From the human T2T-CHM13v2.0 reference genome, Homo sapiens: a DNA stretch of 64,000 nt. The number at the start of each line of letters is the position of its first letter. The stretch's first letter is position 1. A program made the translations under genes and the position numbers. Positions 12,801-27,774 of the stretch are shown here, piece after piece. The stretch lies in assembly GCF_009914755.1 (NCBI RefSeq), contig NC_060947.1. One strand, written 5' to 3'. A model generated the notes under the pieces. That model saw only the letters and a list, made by a program, of their open reading frames with translations. It did not search any database and was not told the DNA's origin.

Positions 12801-14136
12801 GCCACTGCCATGTAGTATTAATTAACACACAATTAAAAGAGCTATTAAAACTTCCAGCATGCACCTTCCAAGATCCAATAAATAACAGAGGGTTTCAGAG
12901 TAAAAATGAACATAATGCTTATAATATAAAATTTTCTTTGAAAACCCATTTCTGACATTTAAAAACCAATGGCAATGTTACTAAAAATAACACTGTCATG
13001 AGCTAAATACGCCAACATCTATCATCTTAAGGCTCCTTTAATGTGATGAAATACATTTGGTCCCTTGTTGTTTGAAGAAAGGACTTTATATAGTACCTGT
13101 TGTGTACATAGCCCATCTCTCTGATATCCTTAGCAACGGCTATACTGCTGCTCATCTAACTGCTCCAAAGCCTCAGGTAATGGAGTGGAAGATTGTGGAA
13201 ATAACAAATTATGAAAATATAATAAACTCAGTAATAGAATTTGCATTAATTGGTAACTTGTAGCCCAGTTTCATCATGTAGCACAGGGTCACTTTCGAGT
13301 GCACTTATTTGATTTGATGATTCTATAAAGATGGGACACAATGTAAGGTAGAAATTATCAACTAAGTTAAGTAAGTTATGTAATTTCAGAGTCGTTTAAA
13401 ACACTCTGAAATTGTAAAATTATGTGTGCACATGTGCGTTTGTGTATGTGTGCCTGCACATGCTTGTATTTTTATGTGGAGAGTGTCCATAGCTTTTTTC
13501 AGATTCCAAAAGCAGTGCATTACCAAAATAATGTTTTAGGCAACCTCAAATGAGTTCAGGCACTCTCCCTTTCTCTCCTTTTCTACTATCTTCCCTATCT
13601 TTCTTGTTAACAGTGTTAACAAAGATGATAGCCTATGGCAGTGACAATTATTATGAAGAAGTAGACTTAAAATGTAGATTGTGCAACACGAGAGAGACTC
13701 CATATTATATACAGTTTTCAATTTAGAAACTGGGACTGTAGTGTCTACACCCCTTGTAAATAGCCACATAGACGCAAACTGGTTTCTGATTACTTTGGCT
13801 GAACTGAGGTTGTCCAAAACTTACAGGTGAATAAAGAGTAGAAACCTTATAAGTTCATGACAAATGAAAGTATTTAAAAATAATGTTCAGTAATAGGTGC
13901 ACCAGGTGGTTCTGTTAAGATAGTCAGAGTGAAGCAATGGTAGAAATGCATGTCTGAAGTTGTTTCTTGGTTATTATTCAGCTAATAAGGTAGACATAGA
14001 AGAGGTAAATTAATTTTACCCTCAACAAAACCATAATTTTTATAGATTGAAAATGCGTAAGTAGAAAATAGAAGGCCTCAAAGTTTAGGGGAAATGACAA
14101 TCAAGTGGAAAGTGGGTTAAAAATGTTACTGTTTCC

Positions 14137-14618
<482 letters not shown>

Positions 14619-15342
14619 TTATTCTAATAAGTGTTTTCTAATTGCCCAGGGTAATTTATGCATAGCATGACAGTGGATTGGTAAGTATAACCTAATCATA
14701 ATTTTTGACTAATTATTACTACATTCTTTAATGTTCCAATAACAAAACTTTTGCTTTGCCTGTGTAGTGAATTGTGTTTTATTTTCATTGACCTTCTTAT
14801 ATTCTATATCCAGATTTATTTTAGAGTTTGCCAACATTGTCAGGATCTGGGTCTGAGACTATGCTAATGTGCAAAATTGATATGAGTACTTCAGTTAAAG
14901 TTTATGAGAAAATTTTTTTTCAAAACCATAAACATTCAGATTCTTTCTTTCAAAAATGTTTGCTTAAAATGTACTTTTTGTTGTCACAATTATTTTACCC
15001 CTCTAGATTTGGAAGTCTAAACACTGACATATTTTGCTACTGTGCAAAAATGAATATTGTAATATTAAAAGAGAAACTAATTGTTCAGTATCATTGCACA
15101 TAGTGAGAATATTAGATTTGAAAAATATTGCTTATAATGTAAAGAAAATGCACATCAATATATTTGCACATTCCTATATAAGACATTATACATATACTTT
15201 TATTTATATCTATAAATTAAAGTTTCCTTTTAGACATTTATGCCTTAAATTTCCTCAGTAACCTTTACTTAAATGAGATTCTTGTACAGAAGTTTCCTCT
15301 TTTATGCCTTTCTTAAATCTAGAAAGATATCAGTTGTCATTT

Positions 15343-15955
15343 TGTCAGAGGCATTTGAACCAGAGCGACTCCATCTTGAATAGGGGCTGGGTGGAAGGAG
15401 ACTGAGACCTACTGGACTGCATTCCCAGGTGGTTGGCATTCTAAGTCACAGGATGAGTAGGACATCAGCACAAGATACAGGTCACAGAGACCTTACAAAA
15501 GAGCATGTGGTAAAGAAGCTGGCCAAATTCCACCAAAACTAAGATGGCAATGAAAGTGACCTGGTCATTCTTGTTATATGCTAATTATAATGATTAGCAT
15601 GCTAAAAGACACTCCCACCAGTGCCTTGACAGGTTATAAATGCCATGGCAACACCAGGAAGTTACCTTATATGGCTTAACAAGGGGAGGAATCCTCAGTC
15701 CTGGGAATTGCCCACTCCTTTCCTGGAAAGCTTATGAATAATTCACCCCTTGTTTAGCATGTCATCAGGAAATGACCATAAAAGTGGCCAGTCAGCAGCT
15801 CTTGGGTCTGCTCTGCCTATGGAGTAGCCATTCTTTTGTTTCTTTACTTCTCTAATAAACTTGCTTTCACTTTATGGATTCACTTTCAATTTTTATTTGT
15901 GTGAGATCCAAGACCCCTCTCTTGCGGTCTGGATTGGGGCCCTTTTTCAGTAACA
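15343..15955 (+). mobile_element. MER41B 5' LTR (ERV1)
   Basis: TGTCAGAGGCATTTGAACCAGAGCGACTCCATCTTG...CAGTAACA; contains the MER41B-specific GAS-bearing segment. Confidence 0.92.
15720..15728. promoter_or_regulatory. GAS (STAT) motif TTCCTGGAA, second site of the 5' LTR
   Basis: Matches TTCNNNGAA at the MER41B tandem STAT1 site position; the first site (15699-15707, TCCTGGGAA) is broken. Confidence 0.6.
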
Positions 15956-18900
15956 TCTTCTTGGTAACCATGAAAGGATGATACTGAGGAGACCCCCGAC
16001 CCAAAGGAAATATACTGCAACACCAATTGGTGACTTTGGGTAAGTGGGGTGCATTTTACCTGGGTAAAGGGTGGGATTGGGTTAGAGGCCCAATTTAGGG
16101 GAGTTAGACTCTCTCCTAAGATGGAGTGGGTTAAAGGACCCTCTTAGGAAAAAGGCAAGCATGCTTAAACCAACTTGTGTTCGAGACCAAACTTACGAAG
16201 ATTAGTCCTTCCTAAGATTTAGGGGGTTAGAGATCCTGCTCAGGAAAGTCCTTCTCAAATAAAAATGGATTTGGCATTATGGAATGTTAACCACTATTCG
16301 CTTTGGATTACTCTGTCTTGCACTCTTTGCTAATGGCTATGGGTGACAGGGTTGGCTATGTACATGATCTTGGGACATGGGAAGCTTTTATCTCCCCAAA
16401 AGGGGAAACTTGAGAGCTGATGGGACTGCTGGAAAAGATCCCTTTGCCACTGACAAGTGGCCGCCTGAACTTTTGATTCCATGTCGCTGCAATGGGTAGG
16501 TGTTTCTCTGACCTCCCTGAGCTCTTTTCACCTTCCCCACTCTGCCACAGGCAATACTTTTTTCTCTGTCTCTTTCTCTTCTTTCCCTTTCCTATATTTT
16601 CTGTTACTCAGGGTGACCATCTTGCCCAAAGACTATATGTTAACTTCTGGTTGTTTGTTGAATTAAAGATGACAGGGCCAATCTGGGGGCAAGTTTGAGC
16701 TTTGCCAGTTCGACATTGGGTGCTAAGCAGAGTGGCTGCTGTAGCAAATCTTGTGTACTTTGTGCTATAAATTTGTCTTTCTGTATTACTCTGTCATAAA
16801 GAGGAATACCTTAGGATAGAACACAGGCTTAGGCCTCCATAAACCTGCTGTTCAAGACAGTCCAGCAAACTGATCAGTTATCCACTTTGCTGCGGGTCCC
16901 TGTTGGGGAAAAATTGGATGAAGTTTCCTTTTACTCTTGTTTTATGTCCTTGGGAGCTTGACCTTGTAGCCACATGGTGGTACTTTCTCTTGGTCTCTGC
17001 CATCCAGCAGACAGAAATTTTTGGGTGCCTGTCATAACTAGCTATAAAAATTATCTTGAGCAGTTAACAACCATTGCAAGCTCAAAATTGGCTGCTCTAG
17101 GCTCCTTCTGGGAAGGGCAATGGAAACTGCCCAATGCTGTAGCTTAGTAACTAAGGCTTTGTCTTTTCACAATGGTGGCCTGGGTTCAGGGTTCAATACT
17201 GGCTTAGGGAATGAGTCCTTTCTCATTTGATATCTGTGTAACCTTTATCATTTGTTGATTATCTTCCCCTCCATGGACCATTTTGAATTTTCCTTTCTCT
17301 GAGCACCTGGGAGGTTGCCTTTGGTAAGTTTAAAAGCCAGAAATATTGGCCGTTTGGCCTGGCAAAAGTTGGGTAATAAGAAAATTTTAAAACTTTTTTT
17401 TAAAGTGCTATATATAAAAGTCTGCTTATTCAAGTTCTAATAGCCTGGGACTCCTTGGGAAAACAGAAGAGGTGCCACAGTCCCCGTTTTGGGAAAATCC
17501 TCTGTTTTCATCATGCAACCCCAGGAATTAAAAGCAAATAGATCCCTCTCAAAATCTAAGACTCTGTTGTATTTTGTGTTGCATTATCTGACATTTTTTA
17601 CTTTTGGGGGTATCAGAAGTTACTTTACATTATGAGAGAGCTTTGGTGTGTAATAACTAGGTAGGAAATATAGTTTTGGAGATAGCTAATGAAAGTTATG
17701 GGGGGATACTCAGCTCCTTGCACGTTTGGATCAAAGTAGTATGCTCTTGGCCACCCAGAAGGTATAGAGATGTTCCCCTGCCCACGAGAGTTAAACCTCC
17801 CATGGGGGATGGGCTAATCAAAGAATAGGCTAATTGGCTTTGGATTGATTTGCAAAAAAATACATGATAAAATCATTGCATTGTCTTTTTCTGCAGCATT
17901 TCTCTTTTGGGGATCCAGTATAAAAATGGGACCCTTAATTTTTGGGATTTGTTTTTGCCTTCCAGCTGTGCCTGCTTATTAGGCTGTAGAAACTGTAATG
18001 CTTTCCTGGCCCTGTTCCTCCAAGGGCTCCACCCAGAAGGTAGTAATCTAATTAAGAAATGGGAAAATGAAAACCCTTACAACTATTGAATCTTCTGTGT
18101 ATCTGTGTATTTATATGTGATGTGTGTGTAATGTGAAAGAGCATTGACTAATTGGTTTTTTAAGAAAGAGCTTAAATATTTTATCAGAAAAATAAAAAGG
18201 CATAAGCCTTTAGTTTACATGACTTTAGTAATTGTTGGGAAATAAAATATTTTACATGCAAGGTGTGTAAGGATAGTGAAATATGTTTTTGGTAAAAGAT
18301 TATAAAAAGGCATGGGAATGTGGATTTTTCTGCTTAAAGGGTTAAAGGATTATTTTAAGTTAGGTAGGATAAAGCTGAAGGTTTGAGCAAGTTGTGGAAG
18401 GTTTGTGAAAAATTAATTTTGTGAAAGAAATTGTGTGTGAACATATTGGCTAAAATTAAAGGGGAATTGTTTAGGTCTTCCATAAAGTGAAGATTGGAAT
18501 AAAAGCACAACATGTTTTTCTTAGAGCACTGATCTTTTTTTTAACAAAAATTTGTAAAGGGTTGTAAAAGGTTAATGGAAATCTTAACCTTATGGTCAAA
18601 CATTAAAATTGGGTAGATTTGTCTATCAGGTTTTATTAGAAATTGGGGTTTACATTAATAGTACACTAATGCAAAAGGTGAAATTTGAATTTCTCTCTTG
18701 AACAAGATTTTTATATAATATTAAAGGATAATAAAAATTTTTGTTTGCCCTTTGAATAAACTGCAGGAAAAAGAAGGGAAAGAAATGAGACAGGTTGTTT
18801 GGAAAGCTAAGTCTTCCCTCTTCATGAGTAAAGGTTTTTGCCTTTTTAAAATTTTTAAGTTATCAATTTTGCTAAATAACAAAATGGAATCCCAGGTTAT

Positions 18901-20346
18901 CATAAGTTATGGTAACCTTGAAAAAACTTTCAAGACTCTCATGGAGAGCTGAAATGTTCATAAATATCAGGCAGAACAGGAGTCAACTGCATGGACTAAA
19001 CTAAAAGTCTGAAGTAATCTTTTTAAACTTTTTGCTTAAAATGTTTCTGATCATTTGTTTTGTTTTTCAGAGTCAAGGAAAGTTTTTTTGAGCCCTTTAC
19101 AGCTTTTAACAATTGAATAAAATATACTGTGAACAAAATTTGGAGCATATTTGTTTCTCTCTACCTAATTTCTCTAGAATTTGGTAACTATTTGTGAGTA
19201 TTCTTAATTTATGGAAATATAGTTATTTGCATAAATGCAATAGGAATGTTTTCTTTTGCAGCAGGACACAATTGGAGAATCTTGTTTTACCAAGGCTTTG
19301 ACTAGAATGGCATGCTTCTTTTTAAGGAATCAAACTTAACTTGTAGATCCAATAAAAGCCCCTTGGGAAAACTGGCCTCATGCCTTTTCTGCAAAGTCCT
19401 TGTTGAGGGTTTCTAACCTGTGGTAAGTAAAGAATGTCACTTTCTGATAGGCTCAGCAGGTTCAAGTTATCTTGGGACTTCAAGAGGAGAGAAATTTACT
19501 CAACTCATTGGTATTTGAGGGTACCAACCCACGGCTGGGCTCAGCTTAAAAAAATTCATATCTGAGATTCCTTATGAAACAGTTTCATCAAAGCCAATTT
19601 AAAATGCCTACTACATGAAAAAATTATTCTTGCTGCACTTTATACAAATATTCAAGCCAATTATAAGACTAAGGCTTATTTTTGCAAATGAATTGGTCCT
19701 ATTATAACTTGTCTTTAGTAAAAATGGGAAACTGGAGAGAGAACAATTATGTTTCAAGAACTATGGTATACCTGTTATTAGATTCTAGTCTCATTGGTTG
19801 TTTTTGAGTTTTTTTCCTGCAATTTAGACTAACCCTACTTATTCCTGTGAACCAATCTGTAATCTCTGACTGCTGCACAGAAGAAACAAGAGGGATGGGT
19901 AGTCAAAAATCTGGATCTATATTCTAATTCTGGGCACATTGGAATCAGTTGGCAACCCCATATCAGCTTGGTTCCAACAGTTGCCCAGTCCATGGAAAAC
20001 CTTCTTATTTAGTTTAGTTGGGATAGTATTACTTATTTTGCTTTATTGTTGTGGAATATATTGCTGTTGTACCCTTTTGTAGGAATACAGGATAAGCTTA
20101 CTGTTTTCTTTAAATGGAACACTTTTTAATATTCCAGATATCACCTTGTGTCAGAGTTATAAATGGCCCTCACCATACTGACACTTTCTGACTGAGCTCC
20201 TCTCTACTCCAACTACAGGAGACCCTAATAATTAGGCAGGAATGTCATCACCCTTATTCAGCCTGAAAAAGTTACAGAAGATGGATCTTCAACCCTCTAC
20301 AAACCTTAGGATTAAATGTTCTCTTATAAAAAGGAGGGGAAAGATA
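15956..20346 (+). mobile_element. MER41-int (MER4-group non-coding internal region)
   Basis: Lies between two MER41B LTRs, with a PBS at the start and PPT aaaaggaggggaaaga at the end; no gag/pol ORFs. Confidence 0.88.
15962..15979 (+). other. Primer-binding site, tRNA-Arg-like
   Basis: TGGTAACCATGAAAGGAT just after the 5' LTR; near-complementary to the recalled 3' end of tRNA-Arg(TCG). Confidence 0.6.
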
Positions 20347-20970
20347 TGTCAGAGGCATTGGAATCAGAGTGACTCCATCTTGAATATGGGCTGGGTAAAA
20401 TGAGTCTGAGACCTACTGTGCTGCATTCCCAGGTGGTTAGGAATTCTAAGTCACAGGATGAGTAGGAGGTCAGCACAAGATATAGGTCACAAAGACCTTG
20501 CTGATAAAATAGCATGTGGTAAGGAAGCCAGGCAAATCCCACCGAAACCAAGATGGTAATGGAAATGACCTGATTTTCCTCACTGCTCACTATATGCTAG
20601 TTATAATGCCTTAGCACTCTAAAAGACACTCTCACCAGCACCATTACAGTTTACAAATGCCATGGCAATGTCAGGAAGTTGCACTATATGGCCTAAAAAT
20701 GGGAGGAATCCTCAGTTCCTGGAATTGCCCACCCCTTTTTGGAGAACGCATGGATAATCCACCCCTCGTTTAGCATATAATCAGGAAATGACCATAAAAG
20801 TGGCCAGCCAGCAGCCCTCTGGGCTCCTCTGCATATGGAGGAGTCATTCTTTTGTTTCTTTACTTCTCTAATAAACTTGCTTTCATTTTATGGATTCACC
20901 TCAAATTCTTTCTTGCATGAGATCCAAAACCCTCTTTTGGGGTCTGGGTCCAGACCCCTTTCCAGTAACA
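20347..20970 (+). mobile_element. MER41B 3' LTR
   Basis: Second TGTCAGAGGC...CCAGTAACA copy; 4-bp TSD attt/cttt. Confidence 0.92.
20716..20724. promoter_or_regulatory. GAS (STAT) motif TTCCTGGAA, first site of the 3' LTR
   Basis: cagTTCCTGGAAttg is intact; the second site has degenerated to tttttggag. Confidence 0.6.
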
Positions 20971-21459
20971 CTTTGTTTGTAATATGAGCTCTTTGTAACT
21001 GATTCACTAGAATAAATGACATGGGATTTTCTACAGAGATATTTGAGGTCTTTACCTAGGACAAAGTAAGTACTTTTTTTTTAAAAAAATAAGCTTGGCT
21101 GGAATAAAAGATTTTTTTCTGGTTTTGTGTTAAGCCTGACATCTATGGGTTGGGCTTCTTTTAAGTGATTCAAGTTCTCCATTATTAATTGGTCAGAAAG
21201 TCAGCAATGACTGTTCCAAACTTCAGTTTTCAATGCTCTGCATTTTGAATGACTTCTGCCTTCCTGGTTGGCTAATTGGGGGCTTTCTCCATTCTGTCTG
21301 AAAAAGGACTTTTCCTGCAAATGGTGCATCAATTGAGGGAAACCTTATTTGGGGCTTACCTTAATGAGGGTCTCCTCAAATATTTCTCTGAGGGTAATGT
21401 ATGAGTTAGGAGTAAGTGGGCTACTGTGTTTCTTTTTTAGTGTGTTTTGTTTATACTTA

Positions 21460-21654
21460 TTTTAACTTTTAAATTCAGAGGTACATGTGTAGGTTTGTTA
21501 TATAGGTAAACTTGTGTCATGGGAGTTCGTTGTACAGATTATTTCATCACCCAGGTATTAAGCCTAGTACCCATTAGTTATTTTTTCTGGTTCTCTCCCT
21601 CCTCCCACCCTTCACCCTCTGATAGGTCCCAGTGTCTGTTGTTCCCCTCTATGT
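21460..21654 (-). mobile_element. L1PA13-like 3' end fragment
   Basis: taggtaaacttgtgtcatggg...tgtacagattatttcatcacccaggtattaagcctagtaccc. Confidence 0.85.
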
Positions 21655-23010
21655 ATCTTTTTTCAGGTGACATGCATCTGGAGAATAGTACACATAGCCT
21701 TCAGTGTAAGAAAAAGCAAACCAGAGTTCACTTCACCCTTAGGCACATAAGAAAAGTTCTTTCTTTTTCCTTTCATCACAATGGCAGAGTGAAAGGCAAA
21801 AGATGTGTGAGGCTGAGTAGAGACTGAATGTGATTAAGTGTCACTAGACTGGTCAGCTTTCTATCTAAAAGCCATTGCAGCTAATTTCCCAATTCATATT
21901 CATGTAGGAACATAAGACAGAAATACCGAACACATGGAAGGGGCTGTTCAGAAGGTGAGATGTTACAGAGAAGTCTACATACCACGCATACCAATCAACC
22001 TGAGTGAACAAACATCACTATACCCCTATGAAATTAGATGTATAGAAACTTCCTTAGAGTAGTCTGAAACTTTAGGGTTTGTCAACATTGTTTAACAAAG
22101 CCACAATTTAGGAAAAAAACCAACAATTATATGCATATACTTTTAATGAAGGATATAGGAAGATAAAGCTGGCCAGCATTTGTCAATATTTCTGCACCAA
22201 GACACATGGTTTTAAGAATACTATATACAATCATTTTGAGCAGATTGGTGGGAAAAATAATTGTAGCAGATTGGCAACCTATGCTTAACTTCTGAGGTCT
22301 CCTTTTCTGGCACTCTAATATAGTTCATATATTACCAAGACCCACTGCCAGCTTTCCTTTTATGTTCCTTCACTGATTAAGCCAGCAGAGTGAAAGTAAT
22401 TATTCCTTGAATGCATCTTATCTAATTTTTTTTTCCTTTAATGCCATTCCCTACTAACAATCTATTTCCTGGTATATTGAATTCATTGTTGGTTTTAACT
22501 CATTCTGCTGATGGCTGTGTACCATCCTGCTACAAAGAACACATTTAATGGTTTTGAACACTGTGCAGGACACAGACCTAACCCTTTTAGGGAAGTAAAC
22601 AGTCATGGGTTGCATGCTACTAGGAGCCACCCATTCATTATTATATAATACCCGCATGCAAAAGGCTACAATTTAATATGGTACATTACAGCTATGGTTA
22701 AAGAAATGCAGATGTACCATACCTCATCAACCAATTCCTAACGAGATGGAACTCATTAATTTTCTAAGAATATGGATCTTGTCCAAGGGCCTGACAATCT
22801 CATTAGATGCCCCCTGTGCTTCTCCATAGAACGTCTTCTGTACCGAATCTCTTAGCTACTCTGAGAGCAGAGATTCTGGAATGTATAAATCTAATGTTCT
22901 TCACATGCTGTGTTTCTTAGACTCTTTTTCTAAAAGGAGAAAACAGATAATCATTCTTTTAAATTAAAGTATTTGCTCCTGTTGAAGAGGCAGCCTGCTT
23001 TGGAGAAAAT

Positions 23011-23042
<32 letters not shown>
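23011..23042. repeat. (GT)n microsatellite
   Basis: gtgtatgtgtgtgt... run. Confidence 0.9.
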
Positions 23043-23589
23043 ACATGTGCATACATGTATGTAGATATGTGTGATGAGAGGTGAAAAGAATAGGCTTTCA
23101 ATGACTGTTACATTCCTATGAATTTGGGCCCTGTTAAATTAATTTTAGGTTCATGTTACAATAATGTATAATATTCAGTATTCTTAAAACTTACTTGCTA
23201 GGATTGTGCTTAAATCTCCATTAACCTCAATGTCTATACTTTGTGCAATTTGGTATAAACATGGAGTGCATTCTTTACCTTGGCAATGTCTGCCCTGAGA
23301 TTGGGCTCTATGGTGCCACAGGAGGTAATGGCACTGGTTGATGCCACATAGTGTGAAAAATATGTGTCACATGGGGCTAGTAGGGGAAAGAGGCACATAT
23401 TGCATTCTTATCACATAGAAAGTAAGAGTTGTACAAATTGCATACTTTTCAGATTTTTGACAAAATGTGACTCTTTCAGAATGTGATCCTGTTGTAATTA
23501 CTCTCAAAATTCTAACTGCTCCATGATAATTCCAGTCCTGGGAAGCCAAGTTACTTTAACAATGTACTGAACATGGTAACTGTGAGCCC

Positions 23590-23740
23590 TGCATAAGACA
23601 GCTGTGTTCCATTGGGGACCACTTAATCTCTTTTCCCCTTAATTTTTCCAGCTGTACCATGGGGAACAATTTTTTTATTCTGTCTCTTTCTGAGGACGCT
23701 GTTGGAGTGAATGGAAGAACATTAACAAAGTGCTCTAAGT
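23590..23740 (+). mobile_element. MIR-family SINE (degenerate core)
   Basis: ccacttaatctc...ccagctgtaccatgggg...aaagtgctc resembles the MIR core. Confidence 0.55.
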
Positions 23741-24219
23741 CCTGCAAGAACAAATCAGCAATGAGAGCATGGACAAAAGAATGGAGTACATTATTTTGCT
23801 TAGAAATACTGTATGGTTAAGCTTTTCATTCCAGTCCTATAATTAAAGACATATAAGAGCACTAAAAAGTGACATAGCACCCTTCAGCAGTAGGATCCTA
23901 ACAATGAGTATCTTCATTTTGCAAACGGAGAAAATGAGTATCAACAATTAGGGAATGAGATTCCACAGAGGTTATTGGACAGGGATCCAAAGAAAACCAA
24001 GCAAAGAAGCCAGATCAGGGTGTGCTAATTATTAAATAAAATTCTGTATTCTTGATTAATAATCAACCAGTTGGGTACCTATGTACATTAGTCAATACTC
24101 AAATGATCCATGGATAGGTATATTATCAGAGTCTATAAACCAATGAGACCAAAATGCTAAGATAGGAATAGGTTTTCTTTTTATCTCTGAGCCCCTGGTA
24201 AAACCCTGATTTATTTGGC

Positions 24220-24517
<298 letters not shown>

Positions 24518-26669
24518 TTATTTGGCCTTTTAAAGACAGTGTAAATCTGTAAGACATTAAACAATCAGCTTTGCATTACATCTTTCCTGAGCTTTACCTC
24601 TCCGGAACTTCCTTATAGTTAACTGACACTATATTTTGTGACTTGACTTCTGTGGGAGCTGAGTGCTGATACACCCTATGCATCAAAGAAGTTCTTGATG
24701 TTTTTCTGACTTTGAATCACAGTTAACAGCTGCTCTGCCTGAATGCTTGGCAGAAGATGATTGATGGGAAAGAGGAAGATTACTTTGAGGCCTACTTGCT
24801 GTGTAGTAAGTAAAGGCCATACATGTAGAAAAAGGTGCATATCTATATGAATAGAAGACAAGGCTTGTCTGTCATAAAACCATGGGAATGGCCAAATAAG
24901 GTTTCAGGAAAAACCGAAATGAGAGTATTTTGAGAAAGAGTGTAAGGGGAAATTTTTTTCCATCTGAATATATAAGAAGATTTCATCTTGAAACCCAGTG
25001 TGTGCATAGTCATCTAGGCTGCTTTTTAGCTTCTGAGTTTGAGAAAGTCACTAGCCCTAATAAGTGTAGTCATGTCTAGTATTCTCTCAAATGTAATGCT
25101 GACCACAATCCATTTAATTTATGCCAAAAGTCTCACCTTGGTCAAAATTACCTAGGGATCCAGATGAACAGGTTTTGTTGTTGCTTTAAGTAGCTGGATT
25201 GTTCACTTTCTCAGCTCCACTGGAACCCCAACACTAAATTGTGGCAGGCAACTCTTTTTTACTCAAACATATTTCAGGGAAGATAAATTAGTAAGCCAAA
25301 CCATCCCTCTAGAAGCTCAATTCCTTGATACCTGTAAGATGCTTCTAAATTCCACTGATCTCTAAAAGAGTTGGAGCTTTTATTGTCAGCAGCTGGGCAC
25401 TAGACTGCTGGATGAAAAAATGAAAGATATCAATACTCTTAAGATATTATTATTGTAAAGAATCAGTACTAGTATTCTCACTCATTGATTCAGGCACTAG
25501 GACTAAAAGAAAGGCTGATTATAAATAAATGGGGAAATTGATGCAAACTGTATTAACGGCTTAGCTACTACTGAAGCTAAAAAAAGAAGAAAGAACTGGC
25601 ATATTACTATTTGGTTATCACTGTCTGTACAATAGCCCCTGCTATGAAAACACAGCTCTTTAGTGCTAATCCTCAGGCTAATGTCAGCTGTGAAACTTTA
25701 CCCTTATGAAAGGCAGTGAAATTAAACCTGAAAATCACTCTGAAAACCCTTAACAAAACCTATGGGCCATAACTTAGGCTTATAGATTTTCTTTCATCAT
25801 AAAATAACTCATAAAGGCTAAAATAAAACTAGGAAGCAGATAAATGAATAAAAGTAATTGGAGAATTTTACTGCACCCTGACAAAAAAGTCTTTAAAAAA
25901 CACTGGTTATTATGTTCAATAAAGTTTATGTCCTGAATTTGATCTTCTTGAGTAGCTGTGGTGCTTTCAGGAACATTTGTGACAGAACAGGTTTTACATT
26001 GTTGTTCAAATTCCAATTTGAGGACCTTGGTCACAGTGTACTGATTCACCCTCCCAAATTTTAGATACTTGATATAGCGATGATTCAAAGTCTAGCAAAT
26101 ATTTAAGTTGCTATTTAGAGGAAAAGCATAATTAAACAAAGGCTTCAGGTTTTTAGCCCTGATTTTCACACTATAGCAGAATTTTGTATAGATATGCTGT
26201 ACGTGTTCACAAATGCACACGCACACAAGCAGCAAATGTAGTTTGATTCCCTTCAACACCAAAAAGGCCCTATATATGTGATTAATAATCTTTGTGGGGG
26301 AATTAAAGACTCTAAGGAAATTTTCTGAATTTCCTTTTACCTGATAAGATGAATGAAAAGATATATTTTACATTTAGGCTTTCATGGATTGGGGGAGGGG
26401 AAATGAAGAAACAAAAAAAATTGGCTTGAATTAACTGCTACCAAATTCCAAATTGGATTTCAGTCAGTAAATTAAATAACATAAAGTCCAGAAACATTTA
26501 CACAGCAAGTATTTGATGGAATTCTTTCAAATTTTGAAGCTTTCAATCCAACACGGTGACTTATTTTGAAGATTACAATGATTTCCAACATTGAACTCTG
26601 TAAGCCTCATGGGAGGCAGAGATGGTGAGTCCTGGGAATGAAGAGAAGAAATTCACAGATGAGCTGAAC

Positions 26670-26960
26670 AACTGTAAATATTCATGTGGTAACACCCACT
26701 TGACAATAATATGCAACCATTAAAATTACATTTATGAAGAGTATAGATCAGCACTGAAAAATGTTAAGTGAAAAAGGCAGGATATAAAATTATATATACA
26801 ATGCTATATTTTTGACCCCCAAAATTACATTTGGAATAAGAGACTGAGGAAATACACTGAACTATTGAAAGTGGTGGATTCATGGGTAATTTGTTTTCAT
26901 TTCTCTACCTTCTACTTGCATTTTCCACATTTTCTTTAGTAAATATATAATTTGATACTT
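26670..26960 (+). mobile_element. L1ME-type 3' end fragment
   Basis: gttaagtgaaaaaggcaggatataaaattatatatacaatg. Confidence 0.55.
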
Positions 26961-26984
26961 CAAAAATACTATTTTTGAAATCCA

Positions 26985-27170
26985 CATGGAAATAACAAGA
27001 GCTTTGAAATTGGGCAATTATGAATCTGAATTCTAGCTTTGCCTCTTATCTCCATAACTCTAGAAAAATAATGTCAATGGATCCTAGTTTACTCATCTGT
27101 AAAACTGGTATAATATAATCTTCCTGAAACAATATCTGGCATATAGTAGGCCCTCAAGTAGCTATTTGTT
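26985..27170 (+). mobile_element. MIR SINE
   Basis: ctcatctgtaaaactgg core; ctggcatatagtaggccctcaa tail. Confidence 0.65.
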
Positions 27171-27349
27171 TAAGCTTTCCGGAAAATGATTTGGCCTTAT
27201 CCATTGACCCTTTAAAAAATTCATACCAGTAATTTTGCTTCCAGGATTCTATCCTATGGAAATGATTATAAATGAGGAGAAAGATTTATGTTTAGTGATA
27301 TTATTCACAACATTATGATGATGGAAAATTGGATAACATATCTTATTAA

Positions 27350-27774
27350 ATTTATTTTTATTTTTAATTTTTATGGGTACATAGTAGGTATATATATATT
27401 TATGTATTACATGAGATATTTTGATACATGCATGCAATGCATAATCATCACATTTTGGTAAATGAGGTATCCATCACCTCAAGCATTTATCCTTTGTGTT
27501 ACCAACAATCCAGTTATACTTTTATAGTTATTTTAAAATGTACAATTAAATTATTTTTGACTATAGTTACCCTATTGCCCTAGCAAATACTAGGTCTTAT
27601 TCATTCTTTCTGTTTTTTTTTTTTTTTTTTTTTTTTTTTTTGTAGCCATTAACAATCCCCAATTCCCCTCCAGCACTCACCCCTCCACTACCCTTCCCAG
27701 CCTCTGGTAATCATCATTCTACTCTCTAACTCCATGAGTTCAATTGTTTTAATTTTTAGCTTCCACAGATAAGT
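27350..27774 (-). mobile_element. L1MA2/3-like 3' end with an internal T29 expansion (27613-27641)
   Basis: atgggtacatagtaggtatatatatttatg...tccatcacctcaagcatttatcc. Confidence 0.85.

Noticed and set aside
15956-20346. Coding capacity (gag/pol/env) in the MER41 internal region
   Set aside because: Only short 60-90 aa ORFs without retroviral motifs; consistent with a non-autonomous MER4-group element.
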